Source of the DNA: a virus
Lineage: Duplodnaviria; Caudoviricetes
Direction: 5' to 3' (one strand)
IMG/VR virus record: IMGVR_UViG_3300005805_000111
Location: 1 to 56,018 of that record
Length of the DNA: 56,018 nucleotides
Below, one piece after another: positions 18,887-29,163 of this stretch; the stretch's first letter is position 1; every line of letters starts with the position of its first letter. Both the position numbers and the translations under genes were made by a program. The notes beneath the pieces were generated by a model that searched no databases, was not told the DNA's origin, and was given only the letters and a program-made list of their open reading frames with translations.

Positions 18887-19411
18887 ATGAGTGAAATTTT
18901 TGAACTTGATTCCGTTGAAGAGCAGACCCGCCCTTCTAAGAAGTCGTCCGACAAGAACCCAACTGTTCTTGACCAGTTGAAAACTGCCTTGTCAAAAAAG
19001 GTCGAGAGGGACCCGATTTATATTGAGGTTCCCGAGCGGCCTGGCGTCTTGCTGAAGGTAAGTCCGAATATTACGCAGCATCAGATGCGTTCTTGGAGAA
19101 AGAACGCTGGCGAGGATTCCAAGAATGGACTTGACGCCCTTCGTTTTGCCTGTTCTGTTATCGGTCATACGACACTTGGCTTTGAAATCAATGGCCAGGA
19201 GGTCACTAATTCTGACGGTGTTGCGCTGACGTTTGCCTCGCCTGAGGTGATGGACATGACCTCGACATCCCGGCCGCTGCCTGATTGTGTCCGGGCTTTC
19301 TTTGGCATTGACCCCCATGTGGAGGCGGCTGCTGTCGCGATCATGGAGGCTGCCGGATATGGCGATACCGTTGAGGCCGTAAACCCTACGACGGGGTCCT
19401 CGACGAATTAG
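18887..19411 (+). CDS. Tail assembly chaperone (gpG-like)
   Basis: Lies between tube and tape measure; ends just past a slippery site. Confidence 0.8.
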   Translation: MSEIFELDSVEEQTRPSKKSSDKNPTVLDQLKTALSKKVERDPIYIEVPERPGVLLKVSPNITQHQMRSWRKNAGEDSKNGLDALRFACSVIGHTTLGFEINGQEVTNSDGVALTFASPEVMDMTSTSRPLPDCVRAFFGIDPHVEAAAVAIMEAAGYGDTVEAVNPTTGSSTN

Positions 19412-19581
19412 TTGAGGACAGCCGGGTTCAGACCGCAGCCCGGCTAGGTGAACTTTTCGGCACCAATCCGCTCAGTATTCTGGATTGCACGGATGATGAG
19501 TGGCTGATTCTTTATGCGTGCGCAAAAGTTATTGCTCAGGATAGGGAAGAGCAGCAGAAAAAGGCAGAGAAGTCACGCTAA
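19381..19581 (+). CDS. -1 frameshift extension of the tail chaperone (gpGT-like; not in ORF track)
   Basis: A AAC CCT at 19381-19387; the -1 frame reads PYDGVLDELVEDSRVQTAARLGELFGTNPLSILDC...KSR* and has no start codon of its own. Confidence 0.8.
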   Translation, partial: KPYDGVLDELVEDSRVQTAARLGELFGTNPLSILDCTDDEWLILYACAKVIAQDREEQQKKAEKSR

Positions 19582-19624
19582 AATAGGCTTGTACTGTAAA
19601 TACCGTTATGTAGATTGGTTTTAG

Positions 19625-22600
19625 ATGGCTGACCAGCGCGTTGTAATTACATTGAATGTTAATTCGCGCGGCAGTGCTCAGATTACGGCGCTGCAAAAGC
19701 AGTTGGCTGCGCTGGATCGACATCAAAATAAGTTAAATAAAACCAGCAAGATTGCTGACGAGTATTTTTATAAGTTGGCTCATCGTACGGATCTGGTTAG
19801 TAGAACGTTCAACAAGATGCGTTCTGTTGTTGGGACGATGGTCGGTATCTTTACCAAGTTCAACGCTGTTTTGAGTGTTTTGGCTGTCGCAACCCTGCCG
19901 CTGCTAAACGCTGCTTTCGCGGCTGGTCGCTTAGCGGTCAAAGCATATAATGTTGCTTTACAGTTATTGGCTGTTGGCGTTGCGGCAGTGGGTTCAGCGG
20001 TGGCCGTGGGCCTTGCAGCGTTTAAGGAATATAATGCGGCACTTCAGTCTTTTGCTTACAGGGCCAATGGTGCTGTTACGTCGACCAGCCGAGCATCAGG
20101 GGCGATGAGGAACTTGCAGCGAGATGCAAAACTCGCAGTATTTGGTATTACTGGCCTGAATGATGCGTTTGCTCAGGTTAATCAAAGCAGCACGTTTACC
20201 GGCGAATCACAAAAGATGTTGCGAGCATTGGCTGATTTTGCTGCCGCTGGCGGTGATCCAGCAAAGAATATTGCTGCCGCTGGCGCTTTTGTTGGGCTGC
20301 TGCAAAAGGAAGGGAAACTTACTCAGGAAGTTTTGGAGGCTGGACAAAAAATTGGTCCGCAGTTTGCTAAGGCTTTAAGTGAAGCAAAAAAGAAGGGTAT
20401 GTCTTCTGCTGAGGATTTGAAGCGGATGCTGTATGCAGGGGATTTGGCGTTGCTTGGTGGTGTTGCTGGCCAGGCCGATCGCGTTAATCAAACGTTGTTT
20501 GCGCAGTTTAAACGTTTGTTTAGCGAAATTATGGTCATTGGCACGGACCTGGGTGATTCAATGCTTAGCCCAGCAAAGAAGGCATTGGGAGAGATCGGCC
20601 AGTCGATGCTGAGAACGCTTCGGCGTGTTGCCCCTGCTTTTGCGTCGTTTGGCAAAGGCACATTTTTGGACAGTCTTGTTGATGGCTTTATCAAACTTGA
20701 GGACATCCTGGTCAATCTTTTTAGAAAGTATCTCCCTCAGTCTGTAGGAATGTTAAGGAAGTTTGCCGACTGGTGGGGCAAGGTTGTCTTTGTTTTCAAG
20801 AATCTGCGTGAGCGCATGCAGCCGCTTCTTGAGGCCGGGCGGGCCATCATGGATGTTTTTGGTCCGGCGTTTACTCAAATATTTGACCGGTTCGGTGATA
20901 AGTACGGCGAGATCGGGAAACTTATTCAGGATAACCGAGAGGAGTTTGACCGCCTAGGGGTCAACCTCGAACGGTTTGTGAACCTATTTTTCGATTTCGG
21001 TACTGTTCTAGAGACCGCGTTCGCTAAAGCGCTTCCAATTATTAATAGTGTTGCTGAAGCGTTTATGACTATTGCCGAGACGGTTCTTGCAATTATCCGT
21101 GGGTTGGCTACGTTGGGTTCTGGCGGCCTTGGCGGCTTTGGGGCGGGCATTGGTGGCATGGCTGCATTGTATGCAATGTTTGCTGGCAAGGGACTTATTA
21201 TCGGTAATAAAACTCCCGGTGGCGGACGCCGGACTCGTGGCGTAAAGGGAATGCCTCGTGGCGCGCAGGCTGCAGCCGCAAAAGTTGGAGGCTTTAACTC
21301 AAAATTGGGCCTATTCGGTTTGCAGACGGGCGGCTTTTTTGGAATCAACCAAGTACCCGGACGACAGCCCGTTCCCGGAACGCCACCGTCTGGTATGTAT
21401 ATGGGGCTTCCTTACGGTCCTCAAGGGCCAAGGCCTCTTCCGTGGTTCGAGAAATTACAACGGCAGGCCGACTATGCAGGTAAGTTGAGCGCTTCAGGTT
21501 TAGGTTTCCGCGGACGGATGGGCGTAATGATCGCAGGAGATCCCGAAGCCGGAATAGACCCAATGAAACGAAGGCAAGCGTTCCGCCAGGCGATGAAACA
21601 GGCGAGGGGGCAGCGACGCTATGCTCGTGGCATTGCCCCGACTGGCTTGGGTACAGGCATAGCAGCAATGCTTGCATCGCAGGCTCTTATGGGTCAGATG
21701 AGTATGGCCAACACGGGTTTGGGTAACGTTGGCGGAACCCTCGCTCAGACTGGTTCGATGGTCGCCATGTTTAACCCGCTCGCTGGCCTGGGTCTGACCC
21801 TTGGCGGTGGAGCCCTTGGCGCAAAAACTGTTGGGGGGGGCGCTTTGGCTGGTGCTGGTGCTGGTGCGGCGTTTGGAACAATGGTCGGTGGAGCGCCAGG
21901 CGCTGCTGTTGGCGCAATGTTGGGGGGCATTCTTGGCGCAGTTTCTGGTTCTATTAACCGGTTTAAGGAAGAGGGTAAGAAACTTAGGGATGCCGCCAAA
22001 AAACGAGGTGATGAAGTTTTTGGCGATGTTGTACGGGGTTTTGTCTCTGCCGGAGATTTTTCTAATGTAAAAAAACAAACTGACGCCTTACGAAAAGAAG
22101 CAGACAGAATAAGGAATTTGGACCTGCCCGGTTCAGATCGTACGGGGCGCACAATAAAACTTGCTGAACTTCTCAAAGCAGGACAAATAACAAAAGAGCA
22201 GCATGACATTCTTTTAAACGGGGTAAAGGGATATGTTGACGGACTAGATAAGCAGGCTGACAGCATAGATAAGGTAACCGGGATTATTGAAACCGGCTTT
22301 AACCAAAAGATGTCTGCGATGATTTCCATAACAGGGAAATCGCAGGAAGAGATTATGGCTCTGGCCAACGAGATTGGCGTGAATCTATTTGATGCAACTC
22401 TTTCAACTACTGACGCCCTCAGCAAAATGGGTTTTGCAATGAAGGCGACAGCAGAGCAGGTTCGCGGCGCAATAGTAGATATCCAGCAAAATGCCCTTGC
22501 CCCTTTGCGGCGAGAAATTGAAATTGAAAACGCCAATGCGCAGATAGCAACCCTGGTACAGAGTCTAGGTGATATGGGGGCCGCAGCCGGAAAACAGGAC

Positions 22601-23716
22601 GTTTTAACGTTCGGCGACGATCTAATAACTCAATTAAACATATTGAAGCCCGAAGACATTTACGGCAATATTTTCAGGGCAATTGATCGAATCAAGGCCG
22701 CTAGTGCGCCAGGTGGTCCGCTTGCTTCGGTTGCCACGGACCTGATTAATAACCTTTTGTCAACGCTACAAAATGCGGCAGTTAATCAGCGTGGCGAAAC
22801 CGAAAAGTATCTTGCTTCAACTATCGCTCAGGGTTTTGCCGCTGATGGTATTCAAATCTCTCAGGCCGATCTTCTTACCCGAATATCTGGAATGTCTAAT
22901 GACCAGATTTCAGCGCTTTCTCAGGCTGTTGCAAGCGGAGATATTTATGGTGAATTTGGGGCGACGCGCTCCGTTAGGGGGGCGGGTGGAACTGCTGATA
23001 TTGGAGAATTTTTTAGTGATGTTGGTTTTGGTCGCCTTATCGCTGGATCTAGAGAAGCATTTCTTGCTGGTCTTTCCGAACAGGAACAAGCAATGTATAA
23101 CGGGGTTATGGAGGGCATTAAGGCAGGGTTTGAAGATGCGCCAGGCTGGTGGAACGAATATCCGGCCTGGTGGAAAGATCCTCCTCCGGACACATCAACT
23201 CCGCGCGCAAAAGCGATAGGCGACACAGCCACTTCCCGCCTCAGGGGAACGTTGAACAAGCATCGGATGATTGATTCTGCCATTCCTGGCAAGCGGCGCG
23301 TGACGTCCGCAATGCGCAACTTTAATCTCGGTTCGATCAACTCCGATCACGTGACCGGAAATGCGTATGATCTGACCGGCCAAAATCTTGGCAAATATGC
23401 TTACACAGTTCAAGCAAACGGCGGGCTTGCAGAGTTCCATGGTTGGGGTAGTAGCCGTCATCTTCATGTTGTACCAGGCATGGACCCGCTCGGCAGGTGG
23501 TTTGAGGACTATAAGTGGGGCAGGGAGTTGGCTGGTAAAACCGGCGATACCCCAACTCCGGCTGTACCAAAAATGACCGCCGCAACGTCAGTTTCTGGCG
23601 CAACATATAATTATGCAGTAAATGTTAACGGCACTAATGCTGATCCAAATCAGATCGCTGACGCCGTAATTAATAAGATTCAGCGTATGGAGCGCGATAG
23701 GAAGGAGCGTCGCTAA
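19625..23716 (+). CDS. Tape measure protein with C-terminal M15-like peptidase motif
   Basis: 1363 aa, Ala/Gly-rich helical, follows the chaperone; SDHVTGNAYD and HLH. Confidence 0.88.
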   Translation: MADQRVVITLNVNSRGSAQITALQKQLAALDRHQNKLNKTSKIADEYFYKLAHRTDLVSRTFNKMRSVVGTMVGIFTKFNAVLSVLAVATLPLLNAAFAAGRLAVKAYNVALQLLAVGVAAVGSAVAVGLAAFKEYNAALQSFAYRANGAVTSTSRASGAMRNLQRDAKLAVFGITGLNDAFAQVNQSSTFTGESQKMLRALADFAAAGGDPAKNIAAAGAFVGLLQKEGKLTQEVLEAGQKIGPQFAKALSEAKKKGMSSAEDLKRMLYAGDLALLGGVAGQADRVNQTLFAQFKRLFSEIMVIGTDLGDSMLSPAKKALGEIGQSMLRTLRRVAPAFASFGKGTFLDSLVDGFIKLEDILVNLFRKYLPQSVGMLRKFADWWGKVVFVFKNLRERMQPLLEAGRAIMDVFGPAFTQIFDRFGDKYGEIGKLIQDNREEFDRLGVNLERFVNLFFDFGTVLETAFAKALPIINSVAEAFMTIAETVLAIIRGLATLGSGGLGGFGAGIGGMAALYAMFAGKGLIIGNKTPGGGRRTRGVKGMPRGAQAAAAKVGGFNSKLGLFGLQTGGFFGINQVPGRQPVPGTPPSGMYMGLPYGPQGPRPLPWFEKLQRQADYAGKLSASGLGFRGRMGVMIAGDPEAGIDPMKRRQAFRQAMKQARGQRRYARGIAPTGLGTGIAAMLASQALMGQMSMANTGLGNVGGTLAQTGSMVAMFNPLAGLGLTLGGGALGAKTVGGGALAGAGAGAAFGTMVGGAPGAAVGAMLGGILGAVSGSINRFKEEGKKLRDAAKKRGDEVFGDVVRGFVSAGDFSNVKKQTDALRKEADRIRNLDLPGSDRTGRTIKLAELLKAGQITKEQHDILLNGVKGYVDGLDKQADSIDKVTGIIETGFNQKMSAMISITGKSQEEIMALANEIGVNLFDATLSTTDALSKMGFAMKATAEQVRGAIVDIQQNALAPLRREIEIENANAQIATLVQSLGDMGAAAGKQDVLTFGDDLITQLNILKPEDIYGNIFRAIDRIKAASAPGGPLASVATDLINNLLSTLQNAAVNQRGETEKYLASTIAQGFAADGIQISQADLLTRISGMSNDQISALSQAVASGDIYGEFGATRSVRGAGGTADIGEFFSDVGFGRLIAGSREAFLAGLSEQEQAMYNGVMEGIKAGFEDAPGWWNEYPAWWKDPPPDTSTPRAKAIGDTATSRLRGTLNKHRMIDSAIPGKRRVTSAMRNFNLGSINSDHVTGNAYDLTGQNLGKYAYTVQANGGLAEFHGWGSSRHLHVVPGMDPLGRWFEDYKWGRELAGKTGDTPTPAVPKMTAATSVSGATYNYAVNVNGTNADPNQIADAVINKIQRMERDRKERR

Positions 23717-24603
23717 TGTCGCTATCTAGTTTTGGTTTCTTGGATGGTTCTAGCGTTTACGGTGCAACAACGTCGCGATCGGTGAGATCTGGCAATTATA
23801 GGTTGTCGGACTTGCGTTCTCTTCGTTTCCGTACACAAAGCAGGCAGGCAAGACGAAAGACTGGCGCTCCGGTAACTGTTTCGTCTTCTCGCGTTCAGGC
23901 AAAAATGGTTTTGGGTAGGTCAAGTTATAGAGAAACTGGATATGAGTATGTTTTCCCGTTTCCACCTATTGATGTTCAGTATTCTGGCATCGCTGGCCAG
24001 TGGGTTGATATTGCTCGACCTGGGCGAACCGCAATTGTTGATTATGCTGGAGCACAGTTGCTGCAGGTTTCTTTTAAGTTTTTGGTAGCGCGCCCATGGG
24101 ATGGGCTAGAGTATTCAGTAGATCGTGACTTGGAAACTCTTAGGTATATTTGCTCTTCTCAAAACACAGTTACTTTTTATGGTTTTGATGGAATGTTGAC
24201 CAAGCCTTTCCAGCAACCCGGACAGACAACTAGGCGTCGTGGCGGATTCTTTTTTCATGTTATAGATTTTTCAATTAATTCTTTACGACGAAATGAACGA
24301 AACGAAATCACTGCCGCGGAATGCTCTATAACCGTTCAGGAAAACAATAACCCTAATATTTCGTATAGATCATTTCCTGCTATTTCTTACCCGTCTTCCG
24401 CAACGACGCCAATCAAATCAACTTCAACGTCGGGCGGCCTGTTCCCCGGTCAAACGGCTGAACAGTGGGCCTCATTCCAGGCCCTGTATCCCACGATCGC
24501 AACCAATGCTACGGCTAACTATAGCCAGTATTTCCCATCTAAAGATCCTGTTAATGCGTCACTCGGGTTGCTTAGTCTTTCCGGTGCTACATTTAGTTTC
24601 TAG
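23716..24603 (+). CDS. Putative baseplate/tube-initiator protein
   Basis: Immediately after TMP; FPFPPIDVQYS...IARPGR. Confidence 0.55.
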   Translation: MSLSSFGFLDGSSVYGATTSRSVRSGNYRLSDLRSLRFRTQSRQARRKTGAPVTVSSSRVQAKMVLGRSSYRETGYEYVFPFPPIDVQYSGIAGQWVDIARPGRTAIVDYAGAQLLQVSFKFLVARPWDGLEYSVDRDLETLRYICSSQNTVTFYGFDGMLTKPFQQPGQTTRRRGGFFFHVIDFSINSLRRNERNEITAAECSITVQENNNPNISYRSFPAISYPSSATTPIKSTSTSGGLFPGQTAEQWASFQALYPTIATNATANYSQYFPSKDPVNASLGLLSLSGATFSF

Positions 24604-24622
24604 CAAACAGAAGAGATGTTAG

Positions 24623-25540
24623 ATGATTACTGGAAGCACAATCAGCATTGGCGGCTTATCATCTAGCGGTCGTGGGCAAATAGCGGAAATGACAACGGAT
24701 TTTACCGTTGACTACACGCTTGATGGGTCCTCTCAAATCACGTTTACTGTCGTCGACCCAGATCTCAAAATGTTTAAGCGCAACTATTTTATGATTAGGC
24801 GCGAGGCGGTTTATCGTGGTATTGAATTCGAGATTGCTTCTGTTGAAGTTGGCGGAGGGCCAGGGCTTGCTCCTCAGGTGATTGTTCAGGCTCGTTCTGC
24901 TGTTGTTCAGCGCATGAAGCGAGACAAGAATTTGCGTCCATACTCTCGTTTGACTGCGTTTGATTTTGCTGCGACTGTTGCCGGTAATTATGGCCTGAGA
25001 TTCTTTGGTCAGCCTGTAGTTTCTAGTCAGGGCTACTTTAGGGTTATTAACGGCAATAATGATGAGTCTGTGTGGAATGTGTTATCTCGGGCAGCACAAT
25101 TCTTGCAATACACAGTTTATGAATATGATGGAACACTCTTTTTTGCTAGTGAGCCTTTTATTTTTGGAAAAATAGGCACAACCATAGATCCGTCAAGTTT
25201 GTATGGCGCAACCTCACCGGTCACGGCGTTTGGCATCTCCAGCATGAAATATATCCCCATCAGGTGGCCAGCGCCTGCTTCTGGTAGCGGAATGATCTCT
25301 CTTGAGATGCCGAGGATGAGGGTGAGCGATAATGATCCGAAGGCTTCTTCTGGTACAGCAATTTTAGAGCGCACTAATGCTAGGCAGGTCCGCCCTGGAA
25401 TGACCGTCGGGGTGAGCGGACTGCATTATTTCGATGGCCTGTATTTGGTTTCTAGAGTTAATTTTCAGGAGGGTGTGCCAGATCCAGTTACTGTAGAGTA
25501 CAGGACACCAGTTGTCCCGGATAAGGCTACGACATCCTGA
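24623..25540 (+). CDS. Baseplate hub protein (gpD/gp27-like)
   Basis: SQITFTVVDPD, ESVWNVLSRAA, YDGTLFF, RPGMTV..GL..FDGLYLVSRV. Confidence 0.75.
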   Translation: MITGSTISIGGLSSSGRGQIAEMTTDFTVDYTLDGSSQITFTVVDPDLKMFKRNYFMIRREAVYRGIEFEIASVEVGGGPGLAPQVIVQARSAVVQRMKRDKNLRPYSRLTAFDFAATVAGNYGLRFFGQPVVSSQGYFRVINGNNDESVWNVLSRAAQFLQYTVYEYDGTLFFASEPFIFGKIGTTIDPSSLYGATSPVTAFGISSMKYIPIRWPAPASGSGMISLEMPRMRVSDNDPKASSGTAILERTNARQVRPGMTVGVSGLHYFDGLYLVSRVNFQEGVPDPVTVEYRTPVVPDKATTS

Positions 25541-25836
25541 TGCAGTACGTCAATTTCGAAAAAGGTTCATCCTCCGCAACAGAGCAGCCGCCCCAATATC
25601 TATTTATGGGGCGGGTTGCCCGCATAGAAGAAACAAACGTTTTTGTTGAAATCCCTGCTTTGGGTCCTGGGACTGTCGTAGGTCCGTGTGCGACCATACA
25701 TAGTGGCATTAAGCCTCTTCCCGAAGTTGGCGATATGGTTGTATGTGGGGCTATCGGAAATGCGTCTGACTATTTTGTTGTGCTCGGTAAAATAGTGTCT
25801 TATACGTTTTCGACTGTTAATGGCGGTTCTGCGTAA
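25540..25836 (+). CDS. Short baseplate spike protein (gpV/gp5 OB-fold-like)
   Basis: [12 protein letters not shown]...PLPEVGDMV...VVLG. Confidence 0.65.
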   Translation: MQYVNFEKGSSSATEQPPQYLFMGRVARIEETNVFVEIPALGPGTVVGPCATIHSGIKPLPEVGDMVVCGAIGNASDYFVVLGKIVSYTFSTVNGGSA

Positions 25837-26471
25837 TGCCTAGGGAAACATTGATTCAGGTTCGTCGGGATACCGCCGCCAATTGGACCGCTGTCGACCC
25901 TGTTCTTGAGTCGGGTGAAATCGGTTTTGAAACTGATACTAATCAAATTAAGGTTGGTAATGGTTTAAATTTGTGGAGCGAGTTGCCATATGCGATTGGT
26001 CCGACTGGTCCGCTTGGCCCTACTGGTCCAACTGGTGCAGATTCGACTGTAACTGGCCCCACGGGGGCTGATTCTTTTGTTACGGGACCGACCGGCCCTA
26101 CCGGTCCAACGGGTGCAACTGGCCCGTCTGTAACTGTTTCCGATTCATCTCCTGAGATGTATTCACAAGGAGACCTATGGTTTGATTCGGCTAATGGCAA
26201 AGTTTTTATTTATTACGATTCTTTTTGGATTGAGTTCACTGGATCTCCTGGTGATTTTGGCCCGACGGGCCCGACGGGTCCCATTGGGGCAGACTCTACA
26301 GTTACGGGACCAATGGGGGCGACGGGGCCGACTGGGCCGACTGGGCCAACGGGGCCGACTGGGCCAACGGGGTCTACGGGACCCCAAGGACCATTATTTG
26401 CCCAGTTGGATGGTGGGGAGCCAAATACCATATATGGTGGCACTGCTATAATAGACGCGGGAGGAGTGTAG
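25836..26471 (+). CDS. Collagen-like fibre protein with Mtd/hyaluronidase-type N-terminal domain
   Basis: [11 protein letters not shown]...[23 protein letters not shown]; GPT repeats; GDLWFDS module. Confidence 0.8.
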   Translation: MPRETLIQVRRDTAANWTAVDPVLESGEIGFETDTNQIKVGNGLNLWSELPYAIGPTGPLGPTGPTGADSTVTGPTGADSFVTGPTGPTGPTGATGPSVTVSDSSPEMYSQGDLWFDSANGKVFIYYDSFWIEFTGSPGDFGPTGPTGPIGADSTVTGPMGATGPTGPTGPTGPTGPTGSTGPQGPLFAQLDGGEPNTIYGGTAIIDAGGV

Positions 26472-27305
26472 ATGGCAATCCAAATTCAATTTCGTCGTGG
26501 TCTTGCTTCTGAGTGGATTTCTGCAAACCCAATTTTAGCGATTGGTGAATCTGGTTATGAAACCGACACCGGTAGGTTTAAGGTTGGTGATGGAACATCT
26601 AACTGGATTGCGTTGCCTTACTCTTCTGGCGAACCTGGCCCCACCGGGCCCTCTGGTCCGACTGGTCCGCTTGGCCCTACTGGTCCAACTGGTGCGGATT
26701 CGACTGTAACTGGCCCCACTGGGGCAGACTCTACAGTTACGGGACCGACCGGCCCTACCGGTCCAACGGGCCCTAGTGGGCCAACCGGCCCCAGTGGCCC
26801 TACCGGCTCTGCGTCAACAGTTACTGGCCCGACGGGCCCAACTGGTCCTGCTAGCGGGCCAACCGGGCCAACCGGGCCGACCGGTCCCTTGAGTGTCGTT
26901 GTTTCTACCTCTGAACTTTCTGCAGATGTAACGATGACAACAGCAAACCAGTTTTACAATGGTCCCAGCCTGACGCTTGACGCCGGTAACTACGTGATAC
27001 TTGCGCAGGCAGTTGTTAATACAACAACGACAAACGCAGGGCAGAGAGTAACGGTTAGGGTCTCTAACACATCAACTACATATTATGCAGAAGCGGAGCA
27101 ATCTAATGCTCCGAGCGGAAGCGGTGGTAGCGCTGCGATAGGTACTGTCACTGTTTTCTTCCATGTGTATGTGACGCTGGCAGCGAGCACTACTTTGCGC
27201 GTCGAGGCAACAAGCACTTTGGCTGGATCAACTCTTAAAGCGCAGGCTACGGACAATAGTTCGGTCGCAAACAAGTCAACAATTTTAACTGCAATTAAAG
27301 TATAG
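26472..27305 (+). CDS. Collagen-like fibre protein with Mtd-type N-terminal domain and beta-rich C-terminus
   Basis: [32 protein letters not shown]; GPT repeats. Confidence 0.8.
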   Translation: MAIQIQFRRGLASEWISANPILAIGESGYETDTGRFKVGDGTSNWIALPYSSGEPGPTGPSGPTGPLGPTGPTGADSTVTGPTGADSTVTGPTGPTGPTGPSGPTGPSGPTGSASTVTGPTGPTGPASGPTGPTGPTGPLSVVVSTSELSADVTMTTANQFYNGPSLTLDAGNYVILAQAVVNTTTTNAGQRVTVRVSNTSTTYYAEAEQSNAPSGSGGSAAIGTVTVFFHVYVTLAASTTLRVEATSTLAGSTLKAQATDNSSVANKSTILTAIKV

Positions 27306-27378
27306 CAAATAGGTGTAGGTGTCTTAAATATGACAAGACATCACTCAATCTTCATCAAAATATAGGATAATGTAACCA

Positions 27379-27675
27379 ATGGACACAATCAAACTTCCTT
27401 TTCGCCTCTTTAACGGCTCGTTCAGAACAATAGACGAAGGCACCGACGAATATTATGCACATCTAATTTACTGTCTTTCTTCAACCGAGGCAGGGGAAAT
27501 CATTATGCGCCCAGAAGTAGGCCGAGGCGACATCATCTTTGACGAACGCCAAATAGAGACTCTGGCCGCAAACGTTTCAGAGTTCATCCCAGAAGTTAAC
27601 ATTGACACATTTGAGGCAACCCTAGAAGAAGACGGCCAACTGAGGATCGAACTTTCATTCGAAAGGATCAACTGA
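27379..27675 (+). CDS. Baseplate wedge gp25/gpW-like protein
   Basis: IKLPFR, TEAGEIIMRPEVG; size and position. Confidence 0.7.
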   Translation: MDTIKLPFRLFNGSFRTIDEGTDEYYAHLIYCLSSTEAGEIIMRPEVGRGDIIFDERQIETLAANVSEFIPEVNIDTFEATLEEDGQLRIELSFERIN

Positions 27676-27676
27676 C

Positions 27677-29161
27677 ATGGCATCACCCGACTTTACCCAA
27701 TACGTTGACCTAACAATATTTGACCGCCAGCCAGGCGACGTTTATCTGGATGCTATTGACTACGCCCGGACAGTATTGCCTGAGTTCGAGCCGCGAGTCG
27801 GAGCAGTCGAAGACGCCCTACTGCAGTCAATAGCATATGTTGGTGGTGAACTTATTGCAGCAATTAATAGGCTGCCAAACGGACTATTTGAAGGACTTCT
27901 AAACCTTTTTCAGTTTCCTCGTCGGCAGGCCACTTTTGCTCGTGGATCGGCAATATTTACTGCCGTTGATGCAACAGGCGTGCGAATTCCTGCAGGAACC
28001 CAGGTGGGCTATCTCAACGAGGGCAACGATGGTACGGTCCTGTTTGTTTTTCAAACAGAAGAGCCAGCATCAATAGCAACTGGAGAGACGGTCTCTGGTC
28101 CAATACCTATCGCGGCGGTGGATACGGGCAACGTTCCACCAATTGAAAGCGGACAGCAGTTGCTGCTTCTTAGCACTAGCAACAAACTATTCTCAGTTGA
28201 ATTAAGTGGCGATATCTTAGATGGTAAGCCTGGCGAATCTGACTTTGAATACTTTGCTCGCGCAGCCACACATATTGCAAGTCTGTCTGAATCCCTTGCA
28301 ACTTCTCGCCAGATATCCAAAAAGATACTGTCAATACTTTCCGGGTCCGTCGGCACCGACCTAATTTTTGAAGATGTCGAATTTTCTAATGCTTGGCGGG
28401 CCATTACCTATGACCTCACGCAATGTCCGGTAATTCAACCAACCGGAACGTTTTCGCGTTCGTCTGGTACAGTTACAGTTACCGTGCCCGAGGGTCACGG
28501 TGTTACTGCTAGTTTTACGCCTGACTATATTCGTGTTTATACCGCACGCGACCCAGACGATCCAGAGTCAGAAGATGGCTCATCTTTCGATGGACTATTT
28601 TCGGTTGACTCCGTCACAGACACGACCATTTCGTGGTCTCAGGCCGGAGATGATGAAACATTCTCGGCAGATGCAACAAGGATATTTAATCTATCCAATA
28701 TTGCTACTGATGTCTCTAACGTAACCGGAAACGCCACTATCTTCATTTGTGATGAGCACGGAACACCTCCGACTGAGGCCGACGCAGAAGTAATTCTTAA
28801 TGAAATACGTGAACGGGCAATAGCCGGATTAACGCTTCACTACGTTCCTCCCCTGATTATTGACGTCGACATAACCTGCACCATCACCGTTAACGAATCG
28901 TATTCTGCAACAGAAGTTATTGATGTGGCCAAGCAATACATTGAGGACGCCATTTCTCCGCGTCTTTTTCAATGGTCGCCAATCCTTCGCCTCAACTACG
29001 CCATCGCTAAAATTGCGCAGGTTGAAGGAGTCGATGTAGTCAACTCAATATCATTCGATTTACCTGATGATACGGCCGCATCTATTGAGGACGGAGATGT
29101 GGTGTTTTCCTATCGGGGCACTTTGCCGCGAGTGTCAGCAACCATAACATCCGCAATATAA
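27677..29161 (+). CDS. Baseplate J-like protein
   Basis: RRQATFARG, IPAGTQV, ESDFEYFARA, VEGVDVV. Confidence 0.85.
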   Translation: MASPDFTQYVDLTIFDRQPGDVYLDAIDYARTVLPEFEPRVGAVEDALLQSIAYVGGELIAAINRLPNGLFEGLLNLFQFPRRQATFARGSAIFTAVDATGVRIPAGTQVGYLNEGNDGTVLFVFQTEEPASIATGETVSGPIPIAAVDTGNVPPIESGQQLLLLSTSNKLFSVELSGDILDGKPGESDFEYFARAATHIASLSESLATSRQISKKILSILSGSVGTDLIFEDVEFSNAWRAITYDLTQCPVIQPTGTFSRSSGTVTVTVPEGHGVTASFTPDYIRVYTARDPDDPESEDGSSFDGLFSVDSVTDTTISWSQAGDDETFSADATRIFNLSNIATDVSNVTGNATIFICDEHGTPPTEADAEVILNEIRERAIAGLTLHYVPPLIIDVDITCTITVNESYSATEVIDVAKQYIEDAISPRLFQWSPILRLNYAIAKIAQVEGVDVVNSISFDLPDDTAASIEDGDVVFSYRGTLPRVSATITSAI

Positions 29162-29163
29162 CT

